Positions 48,190 to 58,317 of a DNA stretch of 64,000 bases are shown piece by piece. A program made the translations under genes and the position numbers. The stretch is from Smithellaceae bacterium (GTDB lineage: Bacteria; Desulfobacterota; Syntrophia; Syntrophales; Smithellaceae): the NCBI GenBank assembly GCA_963667845.2, contig CAXXVL010000001.1:128001-192000 (forward strand), read 5' to 3'. The stretch's first letter is position 1. Every line of letters starts with the position of its first letter. The notes under the pieces were generated by a model. The model ran no database searches. It was not told the origin of the DNA and saw only the letters and a list, made by a program, of their open reading frames with translations.

Positions 48190-49527
48190 CTAGTGTTTGT
48201 TGTTAGATCTCCAGATACCCTGTTGTTCGGCCGCCTTGATTAGCTCATCGCGGGTATCGGGATGGGCGATGCTGATCAAAAGCTCGGCGCGTTCGCATGT
48301 ACTCTTGCCCTTGAGATCCACGGCACCATATTCCGTAATTACGTAATGCGTCATGGTACGGGGAACCGTCACGATACCGCCGGGTGACAAGGTCGGAACG
48401 ATGCGGGATTTCTTTTCGCCCTTTTTGCTTTCTTTGAGAGACGACAGACAGACAATGCCCTTGCCCCCTTCGGATCTGAAGGCAGCGTTGATAAAGTCGA
48501 GCTGGCCGCCGGTGCCGGTGATGTGGCGAATGCCGGAAGATTCAGAACAGACCTGTCCGTACAGATCGATTTCAATGGCGTTGTTGACGGACACCAGTTT
48601 ATCATGGGCGGAGGCGACATTGGGATTATTGGTATAATCCACCGAGCAGCTGGCCGCGGCCCGGTTCATGTGCAGGAAGTCATATACTTTCTGGGAGCCC
48701 AGCGCAAAAGTATAAACCATTCGGCCCCGATCGAAAGCTTTTCGACGTCCTGTCATAACCCCTGTCTCAAACATGTCGACATAGGAATCCACCAGCACTT
48801 CCGTGTGACATCCCAGGTCTTTGAGATCGGATTGGGCAAGCATAGCCCCTACAGCGTTGGGCATGCCGCCGATGCCCAGCTGAATCACCGAACCGTCTTC
48901 GATCAGTTCCATCACATGAGCGGCAACCGCTTTGTCCACCTCGGTCGGCGCAATAAAAGGCACCTGGATCAGCGGTTTGTTGTCTGTTTCGACAATCATG
49001 TCGACATCAGATATATGCACCGCTTCATTGTTGCCCCCCAGGCAGCAGGGAGCTTTGTCACAGACTTCGACAATCATTTTTGTCGCCTTTTTCACAAAAC
49101 AATTCGTATCAGAATTGGACACGCTGAAATTGAAGTAACCGCGCTCGTCCATGGGGGCAACCTTGATCATGACCACGCCCGGATCGACATAGCGCCTGAT
49201 GAGTTCTGGACCTTCCTGATAGAGCATGGGGATATAATTGCACAGACCCTTGTCATGCAGGATGCGGTCGCCGCCGCTGAAATGCCAGGAGTGATACATA
49301 AAGTGATCCCGCGTCTCGTCGCATGCGCCAACCTGCGCAAGTCCCGGATACGTCACTCCGTAAACTTTAACATCGTTCAATTCATCTCTTCTTTTCGCCA
49401 GATACGGATCCAGAAATGTCGGAGACATTGCGAAGTGACCATAATGCACTTTGTCACCCGACTTCACAACCCCGACCGCCTCTTCCGGGGTAACCAGCTT
49501 TTCTTGGTACTCATTCATCACGCCCAT
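48190..49527 (-). CDS. Acetyl-CoA hydrolase/transferase family; 4-hydroxybutyrate CoA-transferase (Cat2/AbfT)-like
   Basis: [35 protein letters not shown] and VITEYG motifs. Confidence 0.9.
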   Translation of the reverse strand: MGVMNEYQEKLVTPEEAVGVVKSGDKVHYGHFAMSPTFLDPYLAKRRDELNDVKVYGVTYPGLAQVGACDETRDHFMYHSWHFSGGDRILHDKGLCNYIPMLYQEGPELIRRYVDPGVVMIKVAPMDERGYFNFSVSNSDTNCFVKKATKMIVEVCDKAPCCLGGNNEAVHISDVDMIVETDNKPLIQVPFIAPTEVDKAVAAHVMELIEDGSVIQLGIGGMPNAVGAMLAQSDLKDLGCHTEVLVDSYVDMFETGVMTGRRKAFDRGRMVYTFALGSQKVYDFLHMNRAAASCSVDYTNNPNVASAHDKLVSVNNAIEIDLYGQVCSESSGIRHITGTGGQLDFINAAFRSEGGKGIVCLSSLKESKKGEKKSRIVPTLSPGGIVTVPRTMTHYVITEYGAVDLKGKSTCERAELLISIAHPDTRDELIKAAEQQGIWRSNNKH

Positions 49528-49571
49528 GAACACACCCTCCTGATTTTCTCTATTGGTAGTTGACTGCTTAG

Positions 49572-51011
49572 TTATTCAGTAATCTTAGCCAGGGCTTTCG
49601 CCCATTTAATTTTCTGTGGCAGGTTGCCCAGGCGCTGATACATAACGCGCTGGCTCTGGGGAGGGCCTGCGCCGTGCATGCTCTCCACCAGACAAGTTCC
49701 GCCCGTCATATTCTCGAGCAGGCGGAGTATTTTCATCCGCGTTTCCGTCGGAACGCCTTCCACCCCCGCCAGATATTTCTTCACATGCGCTCCGACTTCC
49801 GGACTTCTCAGATCCTGATCAAAGGGAAGAGTCGCCATGATCCCCCCCGCGATATCATGGGCCAGCCGGGAGATTTCATAGATGTTCCGGGTTATGTTGT
49901 GTTTGGTGCAATTGGCGAGCAGCGGATCGGGATAGAAGGCGCCGCTCATTGTTTTCGATCCCATGGCGGAGCAGGCCACCGAACCCGCGTAAACCGTCTC
50001 GGTCAGGTGCATCATCTCGATGAGCTTATCCTTGATATGGGAAGCGTTTGCCGTTCCCTGATACTGGGCGGCCAGCGCCGTGGCGCCGATGATGATATCG
50101 GACACGCCGCCTTTGCATCCTCCATAGTTCTGGCGGTGCAATGTGGCAAACCGTTCCACCAAAAGACCGCTGAAATCAATTTCTCCGCACATAAAAACCC
50201 TGTCCCAGGGCACGAACACGTCCTCGAAGATAATGAGGGCTTCGCCGCCGACGACCCCGAATTCCGTGTTGCCGGCATCAATGCCATCTTCGAGCTTCCT
50301 CTCTTCATTGGATTGACGTCCGAAGATCAGGGTAATGCCCGGTGAATTGAGCGGAATAGCCGCTGCGACGGCGTATGCTTCGTCTCCTTTGGCCATGTTC
50401 TGCGTGGGCATAATGAGGATCTGATGGCTGTTGATCGAGCCGGTCATATGGGCCTTTGCCCCCCGGATCACGATGCCGTCTTCCCTTTTTTTGACAACAT
50501 GCAGAAACAGATCCGGATCGGACTGTTCACTGGGACGCTTGGACCGGTCGCCCTTCGGGTCCGTCATGCCGCCGACGACCATGAGGTTTTCCGATTGAAT
50601 GTACTTTAAAAACTCTACAAATCGTTTGAAGTATGACGTCCCTTTGGCCGCGTCGATCTCATAAGTGGTCGAGTACATGGCATTCAGGGCATCAAATCCC
50701 ACGCACCGCTGGTAACAGCTTCCCGTTTCATGAGAAATGAGCCGGAGCATTAAGATTTTTTTTATCAGATCGTCAACGGATTGGTGAATATGCGTAAAAC
50801 GGTTGATCTTGTTTCCCGTGAGGTGGCTCGTTGCCGTCATCAGATCTTCATTTTCCGGCCGGAGGGCCAGTTCATATGTCTTTGCCGCTGCGTTGATATG
50901 GGGAATCAGGGCCGGATGGGTGGTGACATCCTCCACGCGTTTCCCTTTGTAATAGACATTCAAATGTTGCTTCTTTAAACTTTCAATATAATCCTGCTTT
51001 GTTTTGATCAT
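49572..51011 (-). CDS. abfD: 4-hydroxybutyryl-CoA dehydratase/vinylacetyl-CoA isomerase ([4Fe-4S], FAD)
   Basis: Fe-S ligand motifs GSCYQRCVG and [23 protein letters not shown] and ESMHGAG. Confidence 0.92.
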   Translation of the reverse strand: MIKTKQDYIESLKKQHLNVYYKGKRVEDVTTHPALIPHINAAAKTYELALRPENEDLMTATSHLTGNKINRFTHIHQSVDDLIKKILMLRLISHETGSCYQRCVGFDALNAMYSTTYEIDAAKGTSYFKRFVEFLKYIQSENLMVVGGMTDPKGDRSKRPSEQSDPDLFLHVVKKREDGIVIRGAKAHMTGSINSHQILIMPTQNMAKGDEAYAVAAAIPLNSPGITLIFGRQSNEERKLEDGIDAGNTEFGVVGGEALIIFEDVFVPWDRVFMCGEIDFSGLLVERFATLHRQNYGGCKGGVSDIIIGATALAAQYQGTANASHIKDKLIEMMHLTETVYAGSVACSAMGSKTMSGAFYPDPLLANCTKHNITRNIYEISRLAHDIAGGIMATLPFDQDLRSPEVGAHVKKYLAGVEGVPTETRMKILRLLENMTGGTCLVESMHGAGPPQSQRVMYQRLGNLPQKIKWAKALAKITE

Positions 51012-51028
51012 ATTCTTCTCCCTTTGTT

Positions 51029-52831
51029 TCATGATTGTGTATACAGTGCGTTCGTCATCTGCAGCAAAGACCTGTCATTCTTCCGGATTGCTAAAATTTT
51101 TCCGTAGACCATGGGTAAAAGCGAACTGATATAGAATTTTGCCGTCAGGATTTTTGCCGCATAAAACGTTTCGTCGCCATTGCCGTTCTCAGCTTTCCCA
51201 GAGGCAAGGGCTGCCTGCCAGATCAGCATCCACCCCATCACGACGTCGCCCACAATTTCCAGATAAGGCGACGCCCAGGAATAGGCGAGAAATGAATCAT
51301 CTGCTTCCGTTGCGGCGAGGAGCTCCGTTGTCAGGCATTCCAGGGCCGTAATGCTTTTTTCGAGCTCGGCGGCATAGTGAGACAAATCAGCAAACCGCTT
51401 CGCTTCTTCGACTGCCGCCTTCATGTTATCGAGCAGAGCGGCAAGAGCCGCGCCTTTGCTCATTCTGATTTTGCGGCCAAAAAGGTCCAGAGCCTGAATG
51501 GCGTTTGTTCCTTCATAAATGGACGTAATCTTACTGTCCCGGGCGCATTGCTCAACCTTGTATTCATGGCAATAACCATAACCGCCATGGACCTGGATGG
51601 CTTTCACACAGGTTTCAAAACCCTTGTCCGAACAGTAGGCCTTGCAGATGGGCGTCAGGATCTCCACCAGATTATGCCACCTGAGTTTTTCCTCCTTGTT
51701 TAGCGTCGCGGTCTCCCAGTCCATGCAATGCATGGTATACAGAATAAGGGCCCGCATGCCTTCCGTATAGGCCTTCATCCACAGCAGACTTCTTTTGACG
51801 TCGGGGTGGGCGATAATGGCGGTCTGCTCGGTGCCTGCCGCGCTGAAAGCCATTCCCTGCTTTCTTTCCGCTGCAAAGTGGAGGGCGTGAAGATAAGCTG
51901 TTCCGGCTTGCGCCATCCCCTGCATGCCGACGAGAATTCGCTGTTCATTCATCATGTGAAACATGACCTGGATGCCTTTTCGTTCAGGTCCCAGAAGTTC
52001 TGCAAGGCAATTGCCGTTGTCACCGAAGTTCAAAACCGCCGTGGCGGAACCTTTCATGCCCATCTTGTGCTCGATTCCCGAACAGTGGATATCGTTGAAT
52101 TCTCCCGCTGTGCCGTCCGCAGCTATTCTGATCTTGGGCAAAACGAAGCAGGAAAGGCCTCTGGTTCCTTCGGGGTCCCCCTCAATCCGGGCGAGCAGAA
52201 TATGAATGATGTTTTCCGTCAGATTTTGTTCCCCCCCGGTAATGAAAATCTTTCCACCTGTAATAGAATAGGTTCCGTCAGGATTCCTGACTGCCTTTGT
52301 TCTCACGGCGCCCACATCGGACCCGGCCTGCGCCTCCGTAAGATCCATAACGCCGGCATATCGGCCGGCATAAAGAGGGATCATGTATTTTCTTTTTTGT
52401 TCGTCCGTGCCGTAGAGTTCGATGACTTTGGCTGCACTGTGGGTCAGCCCCGTATATCCGGTCAGAGAATGGTTGGCGGCAAAGAACATCGTGCTGCAGG
52501 CATAGTGGATAGAAAGAGGGACATGCTGTCCGCCGACATGATAGCTCTCCGGCAGACTCATCCATCCGCCTTCACAAAATCTTCGAAAAGGTGCCCGATA
52601 CGGCTCGGGAACCGTGACATGGTTGTCTTTCCACTGGCAGCCGATCTTGTCGCCGATACTGTTGGCCGGTGCAAAATCGTTTACGGCCAGCTTCTCCGCG
52701 GCCGATATGATCATTTCAAAAGTCTCTCTGGAGTGATCCTGAAATTGGTTCGCCTCGCATAATTCCTCGACGTTTAATTGTTCATATAGAACAAAGCGGG
52801 TATCCCGCATGTCCATTAATTTATTTCCCAT
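51029..52831 (-). CDS. Acyl-CoA dehydrogenase, long ~600-aa type
   Basis: LTEAQAGSDVG, GGKIFITGG, EHKMGMKGSAT, IQVHGGYGY and IYEGTNAIQALD motifs. Confidence 0.93.
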   Translation of the reverse strand: MGNKLMDMRDTRFVLYEQLNVEELCEANQFQDHSRETFEMIISAAEKLAVNDFAPANSIGDKIGCQWKDNHVTVPEPYRAPFRRFCEGGWMSLPESYHVGGQHVPLSIHYACSTMFFAANHSLTGYTGLTHSAAKVIELYGTDEQKRKYMIPLYAGRYAGVMDLTEAQAGSDVGAVRTKAVRNPDGTYSITGGKIFITGGEQNLTENIIHILLARIEGDPEGTRGLSCFVLPKIRIAADGTAGEFNDIHCSGIEHKMGMKGSATAVLNFGDNGNCLAELLGPERKGIQVMFHMMNEQRILVGMQGMAQAGTAYLHALHFAAERKQGMAFSAAGTEQTAIIAHPDVKRSLLWMKAYTEGMRALILYTMHCMDWETATLNKEEKLRWHNLVEILTPICKAYCSDKGFETCVKAIQVHGGYGYCHEYKVEQCARDSKITSIYEGTNAIQALDLFGRKIRMSKGAALAALLDNMKAAVEEAKRFADLSHYAAELEKSITALECLTTELLAATEADDSFLAYSWASPYLEIVGDVVMGWMLIWQAALASGKAENGNGDETFYAAKILTAKFYISSLLPMVYGKILAIRKNDRSLLQMTNALYTQS

Positions 52832-52901
52832 TTGTAAAATCCTTTTTCCTGATGGCCTGCATGTTCGGGCCTTTACCGTTTTAGATTGGATGTCCGTATT
52901 T

Positions 52902-54113
52902 CTAATCAACCCTGATGACGGCCGCATCACCCTGGGCCAGGCCTCCGCAGATGCCGCAGGCGCCGATGCCGCCGCCGCGCCTTTTCAGTTCATACATCAT
53001 GGTGAGCAATATCCGTGCGCCGCTGGCGCCAACGGGATGTCCCATGGCAATGGCGCCGCCGTTGGGATTTGTTTTGTCCATGATTTTCGTCCAGTGATCT
53101 TTATTACCGTTGGCCATGATCTTCGTCGACACCAGAGGCATAGCGGCAAATGCCTCGTTGATTTCAAAAACATCGACACTGTCCATGGCAAGACCCGCCC
53201 GTGACAAGGCAAATGCGATGGCGTAACCAGGCACTTCCGCCATTCGCCTGGGTTCTTTAGCCATGCTGGCCATAGACAGAATGGTGGCCAGGGGTTTAAT
53301 GCCCAGGGATTCAGCCCGGGATCTTTTCATGATGATCACGGCCGAAGCCCCTGCATCAAGTCCCGGTGCGTTTCCGGCCGTAACAGTCGGGCTTCCGTAT
53401 ACGGGTTTCAGTTTTGCCAGGCCTTCGATGGTGGAATCGGCCCTGGGAAAATCGTCCTCGGCAAATATTTTTGCCGGCCCTTTTTTCTGCGGTATTTCCA
53501 CGGGCACGACCTCATCGGCAAACTTGCCGGCTTTCTTCGCGGCTTGATATTTCTGCTGAGAACTCAATGCCCACTGATCCTGCATTTCCCGTGTTATGCC
53601 ATGCTCCAGGGCCACTTCACCGGCATCTTTAGCCAGGATGCCAAAACCATTGTATTGAATCGGATTAAGGTGGTCGACCATGGTTAGGGGCGCTAGACCG
53701 CGTCCCCAGCGGTGACCGTTTAAGACAAACGGCGTATTGCTCATGTTTTCAGCCCCAACTGCCATGCAGACATCAGCCTCACCGAGGCGGATCGACTTGT
53801 GCCCCAACTGGACACAAACCAGTGATGAACAGCAGGCTCTGTCAACCGTTAGAGACGGAAGATCGTCCGGCAAACCGGCTTTCAGCAGGGCCTGGCGCCC
53901 GATCACATTATAATTCAAAGCCGCCTCGGACTGGATGCACATCCCGTAGTACAATTCGTCCAGATCGTCGCCCTTCAGTCCGGCACGCGCCAGACAAGCC
54001 TTGATGGCAATAATACCGAGGTCCATGCTGTGCATATCGCGCAGCACCGAGCCAAACTTGGAAAACGGCGTTCTTACGCCGCTGATAATCACGACATCAT
54101 CTTTTTTATCCAT
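52902..54113 (-). CDS. Thiolase (acetyl-CoA C-acyltransferase)
   Basis: RTPF, ACCSS (catalytic Cys), TAGN, NEAF, GHPVGASG and ICGG motifs. Confidence 0.94.
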   Translation of the reverse strand: MDKKDDVVIISGVRTPFSKFGSVLRDMHSMDLGIIAIKACLARAGLKGDDLDELYYGMCIQSEAALNYNVIGRQALLKAGLPDDLPSLTVDRACCSSLVCVQLGHKSIRLGEADVCMAVGAENMSNTPFVLNGHRWGRGLAPLTMVDHLNPIQYNGFGILAKDAGEVALEHGITREMQDQWALSSQQKYQAAKKAGKFADEVVPVEIPQKKGPAKIFAEDDFPRADSTIEGLAKLKPVYGSPTVTAGNAPGLDAGASAVIIMKRSRAESLGIKPLATILSMASMAKEPRRMAEVPGYAIAFALSRAGLAMDSVDVFEINEAFAAMPLVSTKIMANGNKDHWTKIMDKTNPNGGAIAMGHPVGASGARILLTMMYELKRRGGGIGACGICGGLAQGDAAVIRVD

Positions 54114-54205
54114 GTGTATATTAAACTCCTTATTGATAATGGTTATGCTTCCCTGGCCCTTGCTGTGATTGCCTCTCCGGGGACTGTCTTCGCCCAAACC
54201 CGGTA

Positions 54206-54973
54206 TCACCAGATCGTGTATCCGCCATCGATAACCAGGGTTGCCCCGGTCATGTAATCGGACGCCTCCGAAGCCAGAAAAATGGCAGCCCCCACAATCT
54301 CCTCGGGTTTGCCCAGGCGCTTGAAGGGAATTTTAAAGTTCAAAAATTTCCGATGGGATTTATTCTGCTGCTGATATTGGGTCATTTCCGTTTCGAAAAA
54401 ACCGGGGGCGATGCAGTTGACGTTGATTCCGGATGATCCCCATTCCAGAGCCAGCGCTCTCGTCATATGGGCGATGCCCGCCTTGGAAACACAGTAAGGC
54501 ATGGCAATACTGGCGGCCATTGTGCCCAGAATAGAGCCTATGTTAATGATTTTGCCTTTTTTCTGCTTCAGCATGATTCTGCCTACCCCCCGGGAAAGCA
54601 AAAACGCCGATTTCAGATTGGTGTTCATGACATTTTCCCAATCCTCAATGGTCGTATCAACGGCTTTTTTCATAGGTGCGATCCCTGCATTATTAATGAG
54701 AACATCCACCCGTCCATAGTAGTCCTTCGTAAGAGCGACCAGCCGCTCGATACTTTGAGGATTAGTGACATCCACCGGCACAGCAATAGCTTCACCGCCT
54801 TTTTTGATGATTTCATCTGTGGTGAGTTCAATCAGATCGAGTGATCTACTCGCCACAACAAGCCTGGCGCCGGCCTGGGCCAAACCCAAAGCCATCTCCC
54901 GGCCCAGCCCTTTGCTCCCGCCCGTTACAATGGCTACTTTGCCCTCAACCCTGAATTTTTCCATGCAGTCCAT
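54206..54973 (-). CDS. Short-chain dehydrogenase/reductase (KduD/FabG-like)
   Basis: TGGSKGLG, NNAG, NIGS and YCVSK motifs; start placed downstream of the sigma54 promoter. Confidence 0.92.
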   Translation of the reverse strand: MDCMEKFRVEGKVAIVTGGSKGLGREMALGLAQAGARLVVASRSLDLIELTTDEIIKKGGEAIAVPVDVTNPQSIERLVALTKDYYGRVDVLINNAGIAPMKKAVDTTIEDWENVMNTNLKSAFLLSRGVGRIMLKQKKGKIINIGSILGTMAASIAMPYCVSKAGIAHMTRALALEWGSSGINVNCIAPGFFETEMTQYQQQNKSHRKFLNFKIPFKRLGKPEEIVGAAIFLASEASDYMTGATLVIDGGYTIW

Positions 54974-55036
54974 AAAATGTGAGATAATTTCCCTTCCCTG
55001 TCGCGGACAAACGTCACGCGGATTCACTGATGAATT

Positions 55037-55052
55037 TGCATGCCTTGTGCCA
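55037..55052 (-). promoter_or_regulatory. sigma54 promoter of the SDR-thiolase-ACAD-abfD-CoA transferase operon
   Basis: Minus strand reads TGGCACAAGGCATGCA. Confidence 0.82.
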
Positions 55053-55146
55053 TTTATGCGTCAGGCCCAAAACATTCTTATGTTATTGTTATTATTATTA
55101 ATTAAAAAACTTATTGCTTGTTGGTTGATTCTATGGTTAAAAATCC

Positions 55147-55214
55147 ATCCCATTATGAAACAACAGCGTGTTTCATAATGGGATCTATAATGGCATTATG
55201 TGTCAATATGGAAT
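55147..55214. promoter_or_regulatory. Enhancer sites, including a perfect 16-bp inverted repeat
   Basis: ATCCCATTATGAAACA-acagcg-TGTTTCATAATGGGAT, plus GTGTCAATATGGAAT at 55200. Confidence 0.78.
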
Positions 55215-55240
55215 AGTGATTCTCAGATCAGGAGAAAAGC

Positions 55241-57265
55241 ATGGAAAAGCCAGAAAAATCGCCGAAGAAAAGTCATTTGCCGGCCGCGGATCAGAGGATC
55301 ATCAATTATGATGAAGAACATCAGCGCACCCGGAAAGAGTGGGAAAAATTCATCAGCGGTGGAACTAAACTGGACGAGGCTGTTATCCCGAATGACATTC
55401 TGGAGTCCTGGAATCGCTGTAAAAATTATGGCGTCAATCCGAAAAAAGCTATCATCAACAACGTCCTGACCGGAAACCGCTTGAAGGAGCTACAACACAG
55501 AAACAAAGAATTAATCAAAATCAGTTGGCCATTTATGCGGCATCTCTATAAATTTGTGGAAGGCTCGGGGATTATCGTTGTCCTGTTCAACCACGAAGGC
55601 TATCTGCTGGAAATCATCGGCGACGAGCATGTCATTAAGCATGCCAAGACCGGTAATTTCGTGCCGGGTGCCTACTGGGGCGAAGAGTCAGCCGGAACAA
55701 ACGGCGTCGGAACCCTGTTAAAGGTACAAAGGCCCATTCAGATTTTTGGCTGCCAGCATTATTGCCGAAATTTTCATCAGGAGACGGGTTCCAGTGCGCC
55801 GATTTTCAATCCGGAAGGCGAATTCATCGGAGGGCTTGTCATGACGGGCCTCTATTATAAAGTCAACCCTCACACACTGGGGATGACGGTTGCGGCGGTC
55901 ATGGCTATCGAGAACGAGCTCCGGATCAACAAGGCTCTGATCGAGGCTCATGTCGCAAACAGCTATCAGAAGACCGTTATCTCATCCATTCCGGAAGCAC
56001 TGATCGCGATAGATAATGACGGTCTCATCTCTCTCATGAATGATAATGCCAAAAATTTGTTTTTTTCGCAGAACAGATGGGTGGAGCATAAAAATATTCA
56101 CGAGGCTTTCGGTGATAAAAACGGTGAATTCTTTCGGATGATCGAAAAGAATCAATCCATGATTGATGTTGAAGTGCGGATCTTCTCTGATAATGTGGCA
56201 AAAGACTATACGCTGACGAGCAATCCCATTTTATCCAACAACGGGGAACTGATGGGCAAGATTATCATCCTCAATGAAATCAAACGCGCGAAGATGCTGG
56301 TGACCAAAATGATCGGCGCAAAGGCAAATTTGCGATTCGAAGATATCTGCGGAATGAATCAGGGATTTCTGGAAACCATCCGTCAGGCCCGGATGGTTTC
56401 GCAAAGCAATTCCAACGTTCTCCTTTTAGGTGAAAGCGGTACGGGCAAAGATATTTTTGCACAGGCGATTCATAATGCCAGCAAACGCAGAAACGGTCCT
56501 TACGTCGCCATCAACTGCGGCGCCATACCAAGAGATCTGATTTCCAGTGAGCTGTTTGGCTATACGGAGGGCTCGTTTACCGGGTCGAAGCGCGGCGGCA
56601 ATCAGGGGAAGTTTGAACTGGCGGACGGGGGAACGATATTTCTCGATGAAATTGCGGAAACCCCTCTGGAATTGCAGGCTGCCCTTTTAAGGGTCATTGA
56701 GGACAAATCCATTGTTCGTATTGGCGGATCCAGTGTTCGGCCCGTGGATGTGCGCATCATTGTGGCGACAAACAGGAATCTCAAGGAGGAGGTGCGGAAG
56801 GGAAATTTCCGCGAAGATTTGTATTATCGCGCCAATGTCTTTTCCATCAATATGGTACCCCTGCGGGAACGTCTGGACGATATCCCGCTGCTTATCGATT
56901 ATTTTATCAATAAACACAGTAAAATAATGGAAAAAGGAATTGACCGGGTTGACGAAAAAGTCACGAATATTTTCATGAATTACCCATGGCCGGGCAATGT
57001 CCGGGAACTTCAAAATGTCATCGAGCGTATGATGAACTATTCTCAAACCAATGAACTGACGGCCGATCTTATTCCGGAAGAAATCTTTCATTTCCAGAAA
57101 CAGACACCGCTGATCAGTGAAGAGTTTGAAGCGACAAAAGACATTGAACGCCAGATGATTGTCAAGATGCTGCATCTGAAGATGTCCAAAAGCGAAATCA
57201 TCAAGAAATTAAAAATCTCCCGCAGCACTCTTTATCGCAAAATGGAACGCTATAACCTGGAATAG
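55241..57265 (+). CDS. sigma54-dependent activator, AcoR-type (GAF-PAS-AAA+-Fis HTH)
   Basis: ILESWNRC, AGTNGVGT, GESGTGK, ELFGY..GSFTGS, FLDEI, WPGNVREL and ISRSTLYRK motifs. Confidence 0.95.
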   Translation: MEKPEKSPKKSHLPAADQRIINYDEEHQRTRKEWEKFISGGTKLDEAVIPNDILESWNRCKNYGVNPKKAIINNVLTGNRLKELQHRNKELIKISWPFMRHLYKFVEGSGIIVVLFNHEGYLLEIIGDEHVIKHAKTGNFVPGAYWGEESAGTNGVGTLLKVQRPIQIFGCQHYCRNFHQETGSSAPIFNPEGEFIGGLVMTGLYYKVNPHTLGMTVAAVMAIENELRINKALIEAHVANSYQKTVISSIPEALIAIDNDGLISLMNDNAKNLFFSQNRWVEHKNIHEAFGDKNGEFFRMIEKNQSMIDVEVRIFSDNVAKDYTLTSNPILSNNGELMGKIIILNEIKRAKMLVTKMIGAKANLRFEDICGMNQGFLETIRQARMVSQSNSNVLLLGESGTGKDIFAQAIHNASKRRNGPYVAINCGAIPRDLISSELFGYTEGSFTGSKRGGNQGKFELADGGTIFLDEIAETPLELQAALLRVIEDKSIVRIGGSSVRPVDVRIIVATNRNLKEEVRKGNFREDLYYRANVFSINMVPLRERLDDIPLLIDYFINKHSKIMEKGIDRVDEKVTNIFMNYPWPGNVRELQNVIERMMNYSQTNELTADLIPEEIFHFQKQTPLISEEFEATKDIERQMIVKMLHLKMSKSEIIKKLKISRSTLYRKMERYNLE

Positions 57266-57643
57266 TCTTTTACAGGATGCGTAGTGATGGGATCATGTTA
57301 ATGTGGTCTTCTATCCTTGGGGGGAACTCATGGCATCCTACCAAAGGATCATGGAATCGAAAAACATTGACAAATCAATCAAGCTCACTCTTACCAGATT
57401 TCTGAAAGAAACGGCGAATGCACAGTCAGCCTTCCCTGTCTGCGCAACAAGGAAAGCAGCGGGACGAATTAGACCGCGCGCCATTCACGTTGACATCATT
57501 GAGAAGAGATGCATAAAGAACGTCAAGCCTGTCTGGCTTATGCGGACAGGAGTCCGCGACGTGCGATGCTAAAATCAAATGACCGTTTGCGGCACGAAGA
57601 AAATTGAATAATTGTACCTTCCCCCTTATTTCCAAAGGAGAGC

Positions 57644-58210
57644 ATGATGGATCAGAAAGTACGCGATACGGCAGAAAGGCTTTTTCGTTCGGAATTTGAA
57701 AAGCTTACCGAATCGGAAAAGCATGTTATTCATCATATAACTGAAAGAACCCCTATTTCGACAAATGTAGCTCAAGACCTTGCCGGACAAATGACTTTAG
57801 GCCAGAAGATGGCCGACGGGGTTGCTTCTTTTGGCGGGTCCTGGATTTTTATTTCAATATTTATGTGCGTGATGGTTATCTGGGTTCTTCTGAATTCGGT
57901 CATTCTGATCAGGCTTGGCGGATCATTTGATCCCTATCCCTATATTTTCCTCAATCTCGTTCTATCCATGCTTGCTGCAGTTCAGGCGCCCATTATTCTG
58001 ATGTCCCAAAATCGACAAGCCTATAAGGACCGCCGCAGTGCGGAACACGACTATGAAGTCAATTTAAAAGCCGAACTGGAAATAATCGGACTTCATGAAA
58101 AAATTGATACACTTCGGGAAGATCAATGGAAGGAACTGATATCGATGCAGCAGAAGCAGCTGAGTCTCTTAAGCGAGTTGGTTGTCGACCTGAAGAAGAA
58201 ATCAACATAA
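57644..58210 (+). CDS. DUF1003 membrane protein
   Basis: ASFGGSW, FDPYPYIFLNL and QAPIILMSQNRQ motifs. Confidence 0.92.
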   Translation: MMDQKVRDTAERLFRSEFEKLTESEKHVIHHITERTPISTNVAQDLAGQMTLGQKMADGVASFGGSWIFISIFMCVMVIWVLLNSVILIRLGGSFDPYPYIFLNLVLSMLAAVQAPIILMSQNRQAYKDRRSAEHDYEVNLKAELEIIGLHEKIDTLREDQWKELISMQQKQLSLLSELVVDLKKKST

Positions 58211-58317
58211 TACGGATTAAAGAGCTTCCGCGGAATCGTCATTCCTGCGAACAGCGCGAATAATGTCTTTATCAATAAATAGAACCGTCGCCTTTATTTG
58301 TACAAAGGAGAGCCAGA

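Noticed and set aside
54974..55027. Upstream GTG start of the SDR given in the ORF track
   Set aside because: It coincides with the predicted sigma54 transcription start, leaving no room for an RBS.
57303..57572. 89-aa ORF after the activator
   Set aside because: No recognisable motif; cannot be supported without a homology search.
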